This document shows, piece by piece, positions 1 to 13,001 of a stretch of DNA of 64,000 nt; the first letter of the stretch is position 1; each line of letters opens with the position of its first letter. The stretch lies in NCBI RefSeq assembly GCF_009914755.1, contig NC_060925.1; one strand, given 5' to 3'. The notes under the pieces are model-generated. The model ran no database searches, was not told the origin of the DNA, and saw nothing but the letters and a program-made list of their open reading frames with translations. The stretch is from the human T2T-CHM13v2.0 reference genome, Homo sapiens. A program made the position numbers and the translations under genes.

Positions 1-1218
1 AATTATCATCGAATGGACTCGAATGGAATCAACATCAAACGGAATCAAACGGAATTATCGAATGGAATCGAAGAGAATCATCGAATGGACTCGAATGGAA
101 CCATCTAATGGAATGGAATGGAAGAATCCATGGACTCGAATGCAATCATCGTCGAATGGAATCGAATGGAATCATCGAATGGACTCGAATGGAATAATCA
201 TTGAATGCAATCGAATGGAATCATCATCGGATGGAAACGAATGGAATCATCAAATGGAATCAGATGGAATCATCATCAAATGGAATCGAATAGAATTATG
301 GAATGAAATCCATTTTGATCATCATCGAATGGACTCGAATGGAATCATCATCCAATGGAAACTAATGGAATCAGCATCGAATGGAATCGAATGGAAACAC
401 CATCGAATTGAAACGAATGGAATTATCATGAAATTGAAATGGATGGACTCATCATCGAATGGATTCGAATGGAATCATCGAATGAAATTGATTGAAATGA
501 TCATCAAATGGAAACGAATGGAATCATTGAATGGAATCGAATGGAATCATCATCAGATGGAAATGAATGGAATCATCATAGAATGAAATCGAATGGATTC
601 ATTGAATGGAATCAGATGTAATCATCGAATGGACTTGAATGGAATCATTGAATGGACTCGAATGGAATCATTATTGAATGGAATTGAATGGAATCATCGA
701 ATGGTCTCGAATGGAATCATTATCAAATGGAATCGAATGGAATCACCGAATAGAATCGAATGGAACAATCATCGAATGGACTCAAATGGAATTATCCTCA
801 AATGGAATCGAATGGAATTATCGAATGCAATCGAATGGAATAATCGAATGCAATCGAATAGAATCATCGAATGGACTTGAAAGGAATCATCGATTGAAAT
901 GGAATGGAATAGTCAAAGAACTCGAATGGAATCATCATTGAATGGAATCATCGAGTGGAATCGAATGGAATCATGATCAAATGGAATCGAAAGTAATCAT
1001 CAAATGGAATCAAAAATTACCATCATCAATTGGTATTGAATAGAATACTCATCAAACGGAATTCAAAGGAATCATCATCAAATGGGACCGAATGGAATCC
1101 TCATTGAATGGAAATGAAAGGAGTCATCATCTAATGGAATCGCATGGAATCATCATCAAATGGAATCGAATGGAATCATCATCAAATGGAATCTAAGGGA
1201 ATCATTGAACGGAATTGA

Positions 1219-2383
1219 AAGGAATCGTCATCGAATGAATTGAATGCAATCAACGAATGGTCTCGAATGGAACCACCTCCAAATGGAATGGAATGGAATC
1301 ATCGCATATAATCGAATGGAATTATCATCGAATGGACTCGAATGGAATCAACATCAAACGGAATCAAACGGAATTATCGAATGGAATCGAAGAGAATCAT
1401 CGAACGGACTGGAATGGAATCATCTAATGGAATGGAATGGAAGAATCCATGGACTCGAATGCAATCATCATCGAATGGAATCGAATGGAATCATCGAATG
1501 GACTCGAATGGAATAATCATTGAACGGAATCGAATGGAATCATCATCGGATGGAAAAGAATGGAATCATCATCGAATGGAATCGAATGGGATCATCAAAT
1601 GGAATCAGATGGAATCATCATCAAATGGAATCGAATAGAATTATGGAATGAAATCCAATGTGATCATCATTGAATGGACTCGAATGGAATCATCATCCAA
1701 TGGAAACTAATGGAATCAACATCGAATGGAATCGAATGGAAACACCATCGAATTGAAACGAATGGAATTATCATGAAATTGAAATGGATGGACTCATCAT
1801 CGAATGGATTCGAATGGAATCATCGAATGAAATTGATTGAAATCATCATCAAATGGAATCGAATGGAATCATTGAATGGAATAGAATGGAATCATCATCA
1901 GATGGAAATGAATGGAATCATCATAGAATGGAATCGAATGGATTCATTGAATGGAATCAGATGTAATCATCGAATGGACTCGAATGGAATCACCGAATGG
2001 AATGCAATGGATTAATCCATGGACTCGAATTCAATCACCATCGAATACAATCGAATGGAGTCCTCGAATCGACTCAAATGGAATAATCATTGAATGGAAT
2101 CGAATGGAATCATCGAGTGGAATCGAATGGAATCATGATCAAATGGAATTGAATGTAATCATCATCAAATGGAATCTAAAATAACCATCATCAATTGGTA
2201 TTGAATGGAATTGTCATCAAATGGAATTCAAAGGAATCATCATCAAATGGAACCGAATGGAATCCTCATTGAATGGAAATGAAAGGAGTCATCATCTAAT
2301 GGAATCGCATGGAATCATCATCAAATGGAATCGAATGGAATCATGATCAAATGGAATCTAATGGAATCATTGAACGGAATTGA
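1219..2383 (+). repeat. Shortened monomer (1165 bp; B-type with 242-bp internal deletion)
   Basis: At ~1965-1995 CAGATGTAATCATCGAATGGACT runs directly into CGAATGGAATCACCGAATGGAATGCAATGG. The equivalent points in the intact unit (3131 and 3373) are 242 bp apart. Confidence 0.85.
2359..2369 (+). promoter_or_regulatory. DUX4-consensus motif TAATGGAATCA (site 1 of ~2 per monomer; representative)
   Basis: Exact match to the reported DUX4 consensus TAAYBBAATCA, in context AATCTAATGGAATCATTG. DUX4 is known to bind HSATII and induce its transcription. Occupancy at this copy is not shown by sequence. Confidence 0.55.
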
Positions 2384-3790
2384 ATGGAATCGTCATCGAA
2401 TGAATTGAATGCAATCAACGAATGGTCTCGAATGGAACCACCTCCAAATGGAATGGAATGGAATCATCGCATAGAATCGAATGGAATTATCATCAAATGG
2501 ACTCGAATGGAATCAACATCAAACGGAATCAAACGGAATTATCGAATGGAATCGAAGAGAATCATCGAACGGTCTCGAATGGAATCATCTAATGGAATGG
2601 AATGGAAGAATCCATGGACTCGAATGCAATCATCATCGAATGGAATCGAATGGAATCATCGAATGGACTCGAATGGAATAATCATTGAACGGAGTCGAAT
2701 GGAATCATCATCGGATGGAAACGAATGGAATCATCATCGAATGGAATCGAATGGGATCATCAAATGGAATCAGATGGAATCATCATCAAATGGAATCGAA
2801 TAGAATTATGGAATGAAATCCAATGTGATCATCATTGAATGGACTCGAATGGAATCATCATCCAATGGAAACTAATGGAATCAACATCGAATGGAATCGA
2901 ATGGAAACACCATCGAATTGAAACGAATGGAATTATCATGAAATTGAAATGGATAGACTCATCATCGAATGGATTCGAATGGAATCATTGAATGAAATTG
3001 ATTGAAATCATCATCAAATGGAATCGAAAGGAATCATTGAATGGAATCGAATGGAATCATCATCAGATGGAAATGAATGGAATCATCATAGAATGGAATA
3101 GCATGGATTCATAGAATGGAATCAGATGGAATCATCGAATGGACTTGAATGGAATCATTGAATGGACTCGAATGGAATCATTATTGAATGGAATTGAATA
3201 GAATCATCGAATGGTCTCGAATGGAATCATTATCAAATGAAGTCGAATGGAATCACCGAATAGAATCGAATGGAACAATCATCGAATGGACTCAAATGGA
3301 ATTATCCTCAAATGGAATCAAATGGATTTATCGAATGCAATCGAATGGAATTATCGAATGCAATCGAATAGAATCATCGAATGGACTCGAATGGAATCAT
3401 CGAATGGAATGCAATGGATTAATCCATGGACTCGAATTCAATCACCATCGAATACAATCGAATGGAGTCATCGAATCGACTCAAATGCAATAATCATTGA
3501 AAGGAATCGAATGGAATCATCGAGTGGAATCGAATGGAATCATGATCAAATGGAATCGAATGTAATCATCATCAAATGGAATCAAAAATAAACATCACGA
3601 ATTGGTATTGAATGGAATTGTCATCAAATGGAATTCAAAGGAATCATCATCAAATGGAACCGAATGGAATCCTCATTGAATGGAAATGAAAGGAGTCATC
3701 ATCTAATGGAATCGCATGGAATCATCATCAAATGGAATCGAATGGAAGCATCATCAAATGGAATCTAATGGAATCATTGAACGGAATTGA
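2384..3790 (+). repeat. Representative type-B monomer (1407 bp)
   Basis: Landmark spacing 2384 to 3791. Diagnostics: 26-bp insert ending GAATGGGATCATC, ATCCAATGTGATC, AAATGAAGTCG, GGATTTATCG and tail GCAATGGATTAATCCATGG...GAATACAATCG...ATCGACTC (+59 bp). Other B units start at 10275, 17051, 19777, 22506, 25218, 27947, 30675, 36785, 39514, 42241, 43648, 46377, 47784, 49191, 51920, 54649, 57378, 60106 and 62834. Confidence 0.92.
2873..2883 (+). promoter_or_regulatory. DUX4-consensus motif TAATGGAATCA (site 2 per monomer; representative)
   Basis: Context AAACTAATGGAATCAACATC, retained in essentially every monomer that contains this segment (e.g. 363, 2873). Confidence 0.55.
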
Positions 3791-5112
3791 ATGGAATGGT
3801 CATCGAATGAATTGAATGCAATCAACGAATGGTCTCGAATGGAACCACCTCCAAATGGAATGGAATGGAATCATCACATAGAATCGAATGGAATTATCAT
3901 CGAATGGACTCGAATGGAATCAACATCTAACGGAATCAAACGGAATTATCGAATGGAATCGAAGAGAATCATCGAATGGACTCGAATGGAACCATCTAAT
4001 GGAATGGAATGGAAGAATCCATGGACTCGAATGCAATCATCGTCGAATGGAATCGAATGGAATCATCGAATGGACTTGAATGGAATAATCATTGAAGGGA
4101 ATCAAATGGAATCATCATCGGATGGAAACGAATGGAATCATCAAATGGAATCAGATGGAATCATCATCAAATGGAATCGAATAGAATTATGGAATGAAAT
4201 CCATTTTGATCATCATCGAATGGACTCGAATGGAATCATCATCCAACGGAAACTAATGGAATCAACATCGAATGGAATCGAATGGAAACACCATCGAATT
4301 GAAACGAATGGAATTATCATGAAATTGAAATGGATGGACTCATCATCGAATGGATTCGAATGGAATCATCGAATGAAATTGATTGAAATCATCATCAAAT
4401 GGAATCGAAAGGAATCATTGAATGGAATCGAATGGAATCATCATCAGATGGAAATGAATGGAATCATCATAGAATGGAATCGAATGGATTCATTGAATGG
4501 AATCAGATGGAATCATCGAATGGACTTGAATGGAATCATTGAATGGACTCGAATGGAATCATTATTGAATGGAATTGAATGGAATCATCGAATGGTCTCG
4601 AATGGAATCATTATCAAATGGAATCGAATGGAATCATCGAATAGAATCGAATGGAACAATCATCGAATGGACTCAAATGGAATTATCCTCAAATGGAATC
4701 GAATGGAATTATCAAATGCAATCGAATGGAATAATCGAATGCAATCGAATAGAATCATCGAATGGACTTGAAAGGAATCGTCGATTGAAATGGAATGGAA
4801 TAGTCAATGAACTCGAATGGAATCATCATTGAATGGAATCATCGAGTGGAATCGAATGGAATCATGATCAAATGGAATCGAAAGTAATCATCATCAAATG
4901 GAATCAAAAATAACCATCATCAATTGGTATTGAATGGAATTGTCATCAAACGGAATTCAAAGGAATCATCATCAAATGGAACCGAATTGAATCCTCATTG
5001 AATGGAAATGAAAGGAGTCATCATCTAATGGAATCGCATGGAATCATCATCAAATGGAATCGAATGGAATCATCATCAAATGGAATCTAATGGAATCATT
5101 GAACGGAATTGA
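3791..5112 (+). repeat. Representative type-A monomer (1322 bp)
   Basis: Landmark spacing 3791 to 5113. Diagnostics: GGAAACGAATGGAATCATCAAATGGAATCAGA (no 26-bp insert), ATCCATT.TGATC and tail GGACTTGAAAGG...AATAGTCAATGAACTCG. Other A units start at 6403, 7724, 11682, 15730, 18458, 21184, 23899, 26625, 29353, 32082, 33403, 35464, 38192, 40920, 45055, 50598, 53327, 56056, 58784 and 61513. Confidence 0.92.
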
Positions 5113-6402
5113 ATGGAATCGTCATCGAATGAATTGAATGCAATCAACGAATGGTCTCGAATGGAACCATCTCCAAATGGAATGGAATGGAATCATCGCA
5201 TAGAACCGAATGGAATTATCATCGAGTGGACTAGAATGGAATCAACATCAAACGGAATCAAACGGAATTATCCAATGGACTCGAATGGAATAATCATTGA
5301 ACGGAATCGAATGGAATCATCATCGGATGGAAACGAATGGAATCATCATCGAATGGAATCGAATGGGATCATCAAATGGAATCAGATGGAATCATCATCA
5401 AATGGAATCGAATAGAATTATGGAATGAAATCCAATGTGATCATCATTGAATGGACTCGAATGGAATCATCATCCAATGGAAACTAATGGAATCAACATC
5501 GAATGGAATCGAATGGAAACACCATGGAATTGAAACGAATGGAATTATCATGAAATTGAAATGGATGGACTCATCATCGAATGGATTCGAATGGAATCAT
5601 CGAATGAAATTGATTGAAATCATCATCAAATGGAATCGAAAGGAATCATTGAATGGAATCGAATGGAATCATCATCAGATGGAAATGAATGGAATCATCA
5701 TAGAATGGAATCGCATGGATTCATTGAATGGAATCAGATGGAATCATCGAATGGACTTGAATGGAATCGTTGAATGGACTCGAATGGAATCATTATTGAA
5801 TGGAATTGAATAGAATCATCGAATGGTCTCGAATGGAATCATTATCAAATGAAGTCGAATGGAATCACCGAATAGAATCGAATGGAACAATCATCGAATG
5901 GACTCAAATGGAATTATCCTCAAATGGAATCAAATGGATTTATCGAATGCAATCGAATGGAATTATCGAATGCAATCGAATAGAATCATCGAATGGACTC
6001 GAATGGAATCATCGAATGGAATGCAATGGATTAATCCATGGACTCGAATTCAATCACCATCGAATACAATCGAATGGAGTCATCGAATCGACTCAAATGG
6101 AATAATCATTGAATGGAATCGAATGGAATCATCGAGTGGAATCGAATGGAATCATGATCAAATGGAATTGAATGTAATCATCATCAAATGGAATCTAAAA
6201 TAACCATCATCAATTGGTATTTAATGGAATTGTCATCAAATGGAATTCAAAGGAATCATCATCAAATGGAACCGAATGGAATCCTCATTGAATGGAAATG
6301 AAAGGAGTCATCATCTAATGGAATCGCATGGAATCATCATCAAATGGAATCGAATGGAATCATCATCAAATGGAATCTAATGGAATCATTGAACGGAATT
6401 GA
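5113..6402 (+). repeat. B monomer with 117-bp deletion (1290 bp)
   Basis: AACGGAATTATCCAATGGACTCGAATGGAATAATC at ~5261-5295 lacks the AAGAGAATC...GGAAGAATCCATGG block; 1407-1290=117. Confidence 0.87.
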
Positions 6403-9044
6403 ATGGAATCGTCATCGAATGAATTGAATGCAATCAACGAATGGTCTCGAATGGAACCACCTCCAAATAGAATGGAATGGAATCATCGCATAGAATCGAA
6501 CGGAATTATCATCGAATGGACTCGAATGGAATCAACATCAAACGGAATCAAACGGAATTATCGAATGGAATCGAAGAGAATCACCGAATGGACTCGAATG
6601 GAATCATCTAATGGAATGGAATGGAAGAATCCATGGACTCGAATGCAATCATCAGCGAATGGAATCGAATGGAATCATCGAATGGACTCGAATGGAATAA
6701 TCATTGAACGGAATCGAATGGAATCATCATCGGATGGAAACGAATGGAATCATCAAATGGAATCAGATGGAATCATCATCAAATGGAATCGAATAGAATT
6801 ATGGAATGAAATCCATTGTGATCATCATCGAATGGACTCGAATGGAATCATCATCCAATGGAAACTAATGGAATCAACATCGAATGGAATCGAATGGAAA
6901 CACCATCGAATTGAAACGAATGGAATTATCATGAAATTGAAATGGATGGACTCATCATCGAATGGATTCGAATGGAATCATCGAATGAAATTGATTGAAA
7001 TCATCATCAAATGGAATCGAATGGAATCATTGAATGGAATCGAATGGAATCATCATCAGATGGAAATGAATGGAATCATCATAGAATGGAATCGAATGGA
7101 TTCATTGAATGGAATCAGATGGAATCATCGAATGGACTTGAATGGAATCATTGAATGGACTCGAATGGAGTCATTATTGAATGGAATTGAATGGAATCAT
7201 CGAATGGTCTCGAATGGAATCATTATCAAATGGAATCGAATGGAATCACCGAATAGAATCGAATGGAACAATCATCGAATGGACTCAAATGGAATTATCC
7301 TCAAATGGAATCGAATGGAATTATCGAATGCAATCGAATGGAATAATCGAATGCAATCGAATAGAATCATCGAATGGACTTGAAAGGAATCATCGATTGA
7401 AACGGAGTGGAATAGTCAATGAAATCCAATGGAAACATCATTGAATGGAATCATCGAGTGGAATCGAATGGAATCATGATCAAATGGAATCGAAAGTAAT
7501 CATCATCAAATGGAATCAAAGTAACCATCATCAATTGGTACTGAATGGAATTGTCATGAAACGGAATTCAAAGGAATCATCATCAAACGGAACTGAATGG
7601 AATCCTCATTGAATGGAAATGAAAGGAGTCATCCTCTAATGGAATCGCATGGAATCATCATCAAATGGAATCGAATGGAATCATCATCAAATGGAATCTA
7701 ATGGAATCATTGAACGGAATTGAATGGAATCGTCATCGAATGAATTGAATGCAATCAACGAATGGTCTCGAATGGAACCACCTCCAAATGGAATGGAATG
7801 GAATCATCGCATAGAATCGAATGGAATTATCATCGAATGGACTCGCATGGAATCAACATCAAACGGAATCAAACGGAATTATCGAATGGAATCGAAGAGA
7901 ATCATCGAATGGAATCGAATGGAATCATCTAATGGAATGGAATGGAAGAATCCATGGACTCGAATGCAATCATCATCGAATGGAATCGAATGGAATCATC
8001 GAATGGACTCGAATGGAATAATCATTGAACGGAATCGAATGGAATCATCATCGGATGGAAACGAATGGAATCATCAAATGGAATCAGATGGAATGATCAT
8101 CAAATGGAATCGAATAGAATTATGGAATGAAATCCATTGTGATCATCATCGAATGGACTCGAATGGAATCATCATCCAATGGAAACTAATGGAATCAACA
8201 TGGAATGGAATCGAATGGAAACACCATCGAATTGAAACGAATGGAATTATCATGAAATAGAAATGGATGGACTCATCATCGAATGCATTCGAATGGAATC
8301 ATCGAACGAAATTGATTGAAATCATCATCAAATGGAATCGAATGGAATCATTGAATGGAATCGAATGGAATCATCATCAGATGGAAATGAATGGAATCAT
8401 CATAGAATGGAATCGAATGGATTCATTGAATGGAATCAGATGGAATCATCGAATGGACTTGAATGGAATCATTGAATGGACTCGAATGGAATCATTATTG
8501 AATGGAATTGAATGGAATCATCGAATGGTCTCGAATGGAATCATTATCAAATGGAATCGAATGGAGTCACCGAATAGAATCGAATGGAACAATCATCGAA
8601 TGGACTCAAATGGAATTATCCTCAAATGGAATCGAATGGAATTATCGAATGCAATCAAATGGAATAATCGAATGCAATCGAATAGAATCATCGAATGGAC
8701 TTGAAAGGAATCATCGATTGAAATGGAATGGAATAGTCAATGAACTCGAATGGAATCATCATTGAATGGAATCATCGAGTGGAATCGAATGGAATCATGA
8801 TCAAATGGAATCGAAAGTAATCATCATCAAATGGAATCAAAATAACCATCATCAATTGGTATTGAATGGAATTGTCATCAAACGGAATTCAAAGGAATCA
8901 TCATCAAATGGAACCGAATGGAATCCTCATTGAATGGAAATGAAAGGAGTCATCATCTAATGGAATCCCATGGAATCATCATCAAATGGAATCGAATGGA
9001 ATCATCATCAAATGGAATCTAATGGAATCATTGAACGGAATTGA

Positions 9045-10274
9045 ATGGAATCGTCATCGAATGAATTGAATGCAATCAACGAATGGTCTCGAATGGAACC
9101 ACCTCCAAATGGATTGGAATGGAATCATCGCATAGAATCGAATGGAATTATCATCGAATGGACTAGCATGGAATCAACATCAAACGGAATCAAACGGAAT
9201 TATCCAATGGACTCGAATGGAATAATCATTGAACGGAATCGAATGGAATCATCATCGGATGGAAACGAATGGAATCATCATCGAATGGAATCGAATGGGA
9301 TCATCAAATGGAATCAGATGGAATCATCATCAAATGGAATCGAATAGAATTATGGAATGAAATCCATTGTGATCATCATCGAATGGACTCGAATGGAATC
9401 ATCATCCAATGGAAACTAATGGAATCAACATCGAATGGAATCGAATGGAAACTCCATCGAATTGAAACGAATGGAATTATCATGAAACTGAAATGGATGG
9501 ACTCATCATCGAATGGATTCGAATGGAATCATCGAAAGAAATTGATTGAAATCCTCATCAAATGGAATCGAATGGAATCATTGAATGGAATCGAATGGAA
9601 TCATCATCAGATGGAAATGAATGGAATCATCATAGAATGTAATCGAATGGATTCATTGAATGGAATCAGATGGAATCATCGAATGGACTTGAATGGAATC
9701 ATTGAATGGACTCGAATGGAATCATTATTGAATGGAATTGAATGGAATCATCGAATGGTCTCGAATGGAATCATTATCAAATGGAATCGAATGGAATCAC
9801 CGAATAGAATCGAATGGAACAATCATCGAATGGACTCAAATGGAATTAACCTCAAATGGAATCGAATGGAATTATCGAATGCAATCGAATGGAATAATCG
9901 AATGCAATCGAATAGAATCATCGAATGGACTTGAAAGGAATCATCGATTGAAATGGAATGGAATAGTCAATGAACTCGAATGGAATCATCATTGAATGGA
10001 ATCATCGAGTGGAATCGAATGGAATCATGATAAAATGGAATCGAAAGTAACCATCATCAAATGGAATCAAAATAACCATCATCAATTGGTATTGAATGGA
10101 ATTGTCATCAAACGGAATTCAAAGGAATCATCATCAAATGGAACCGAATAGAATCCTCATTGAACGGAAATGAAAGGAGTCATCATCTAATGGAATCGCA
10201 TGGAATCATCATCAAATGGAATCGAATGGAATCATCATCAAATGGAATCTAATGGAATCATTGAACGGAATTGA
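9045..10274 (+). repeat. Hybrid monomer (1230 bp): 117-bp-deleted B head plus A body
   Basis: Same deletion junction at ~9200, 26-bp B insert present, then A-type ATCCATTGTG and A tail; 1321+26-117=1230. Confidence 0.85.
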
Positions 10275-13001
10275 ATGGAATCGTCATCGAATGAATTGAA
10301 TGCAATCAACGAATGGTCTCGAATGGAACCACCTCCAAATGGAATGGAATGGAATCATGGCATAGAATCGAATGGAATTATCATCGAATGGACTGGAATG
10401 GAATCAACATCAAACAGAATCAAACGGAATTATCGAATGGAATCGAAGACAATCATCGAATGGACTCGAATGGAATCATCTAATGGAATGGAATGGAAGA
10501 ATCCATGGTCTCGAATGCAATCATCATCGAATTGAATCGAATGGAATCATCGAATGGACTCGAATGGAATAATCATTGAACGGAATCGAATGGAAGCATC
10601 ATCGGATGGAAACGAATGGAATCATCATCGAATGGAATCGAATGGGATCATCAAATGGAATCAGATGGAATCATCATCAAATGGAATCGAATAGAATTAT
10701 GGAATGAAATCCAATGTGATCATCATTGAATGGACTCGAATGGAATCATCGTCCAATGGAAACTAATGGAATCAACATCGAATGGAATCGAATGGAAACA
10801 CCATCGAATTGAAACGAATGGAATTATCATGAAATTGAAATGGATGGACTCATCATCGAATGGATTCGAATGGAATCATCGAATGAAATTGATTGAAATC
10901 ATCATCAAATGGAATCGAAAGGAATCATTGAATGGAATCGAATGGAATCATCATCAGATGGAAATGAATGGAATCATCATAGAATGGAATCGCATGGATT
11001 CATTGAATGGAATCAGATGGAATCATCCAATGGACTTGAATGGAATCGTTGAATGGACTCGAATGGAATCATTATTGAATGGAATTGAATAGAATCATCG
11101 AATGGTCTCGAATGGAATCATTATCAAATGAAGTCGAATGGAATCACCGAATAGAATCGAATGGAACAATCATCGAATGGACTCAAATGGAATTATCCTC
11201 AAATGGAATCAAATGGATTTATCGAATGCAATCGAATGGAATTATCGAATGCAATCGAATAGAATCATCGAATGGACTCAAATGGAATCATCGAATGGAA
11301 TGCAATGGATTAATCCATGGACTCGAATTCAATCACCATCGAATACAATCGAATGGAGTCATCGAATCGACTCAAATGGAATAATCATTGAATGGAATCG
11401 AATGGAATCATCGAGTGGAATCGAATGGAATCATGATCAAATGGAATCGAATGTAATCATCATCAAATGGAATCAAAAATAAACATCATCAATTGGTATT
11501 GAATGGAATTGTCATCAAATGGAATTCAAAGGAATCATCATCAAATGGAACCGAATGGAATCCTCATTGAATGGAAATGAAAGGAGTCATCATCTAATGG
11601 AATCACATGGAATCATCATCAAATGGAATCGAATGGAATCATCATCAAATGGAATCTAATGGAATCATTGAACGGAATTCAATGGAATCGTCATCGAATG
11701 AATTGAATGCAATCAACGAATGGTCTCGAAGGAACCACCTCCAAATGGAAAGGAATGGAATCATCGCATAGAATCGAATGGAATTATCATTGAATGGACT
11801 CGAATGGAATCAACATCAAACAGAATCAAACGGAATTATCGAATGGAATCGAAGAGAATCATCGAATGGACTCGAATGGAATCATCTAATGGAATGGAAT
11901 GGAAGAATCCATGGTCTCGAATGCAATCATCATCGAATGGAATCGAATGGAATCATAGAATGGACTCGAATGGAATAATCATTGAACGGAATCGAATGGA
12001 ATCACCATCGGATGGAAACGAATGGAATCATCAAATGGAATCAGATGGAATCATCATCAAATGTAATCGAATAGAATTATGGAATGAAATCCATTGTGAT
12101 CATCATCGAATGGACTCGAATGGAATCATAATCCAATGGAAACTAATGGAATCAACATCGAATGGAATCGAATGGAAACTCCATCGAATTGAAACGAATG
12201 GAATTATCATGAAATTGAAATGGATGGAATCATCATCGAATGGATTTGAATGGAATCATCGAATGAAATTGATTGAAATCATCATCAAATGGAATCGAAT
12301 GGAATCATTGAATGGAATCGAATGGAATCATCATCAGATGGAAATGAATGGAATCATCATAGAATGGAATCGAATGGATTCATTGAATGGAATCAGATGG
12401 AATCATCGAATGGACTTGAATGGAATCATGGAATGGACACGAATGGAATCATTATGGAATGGAATTGAATGGAATCATCGAATGGTCTCGAATAGAATCA
12501 TTATCAAATAGAATCGAATGGAATCACCGAATAGAATCGAATGAAACAATCATCGAATGGACTCAAATGGAATTATCCTCAAATGGAATCGAATGGAATT
12601 ATCGAATGCAATCGAATGGAATAATCGAATGCAATCGAATAGAATCATCGAATGGACTTGAAAGGAATCATCGATTGAAATGGAATGGAATAGTCAATGA
12701 ACTCGAATGGAATCATCACTGAATGGAATCATCGAGTGGAATCGAATGGAATCATGATCAAATGGAATCGAAAGTAATCATCATCAAATGGAATCAAAAT
12801 AACCATCATCAATTGGTATTGAATGGAATTGTCATCAAACGGAATTCAAAGGAATCATCATCAAATGGAACCGAATGGAATCCTCATTGAATGGAAATGA
12901 AAGGAGTCATCCTCTAATGGAATCGCATGGAATCATCATCAAATGGAATCGAATGGAATCATCATCAAATGGAATCTAATGGAATCATTGAACGGAATTG
13001 A

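Noticed and set aside
2581-2620. Heat-shock elements or G-quadruplex from GAA/GGAAT repeats
   Set aside because: GAA units are head-to-tail, not the inverted nGAAnnTTCn arrangement, and G-runs are almost all only two long.
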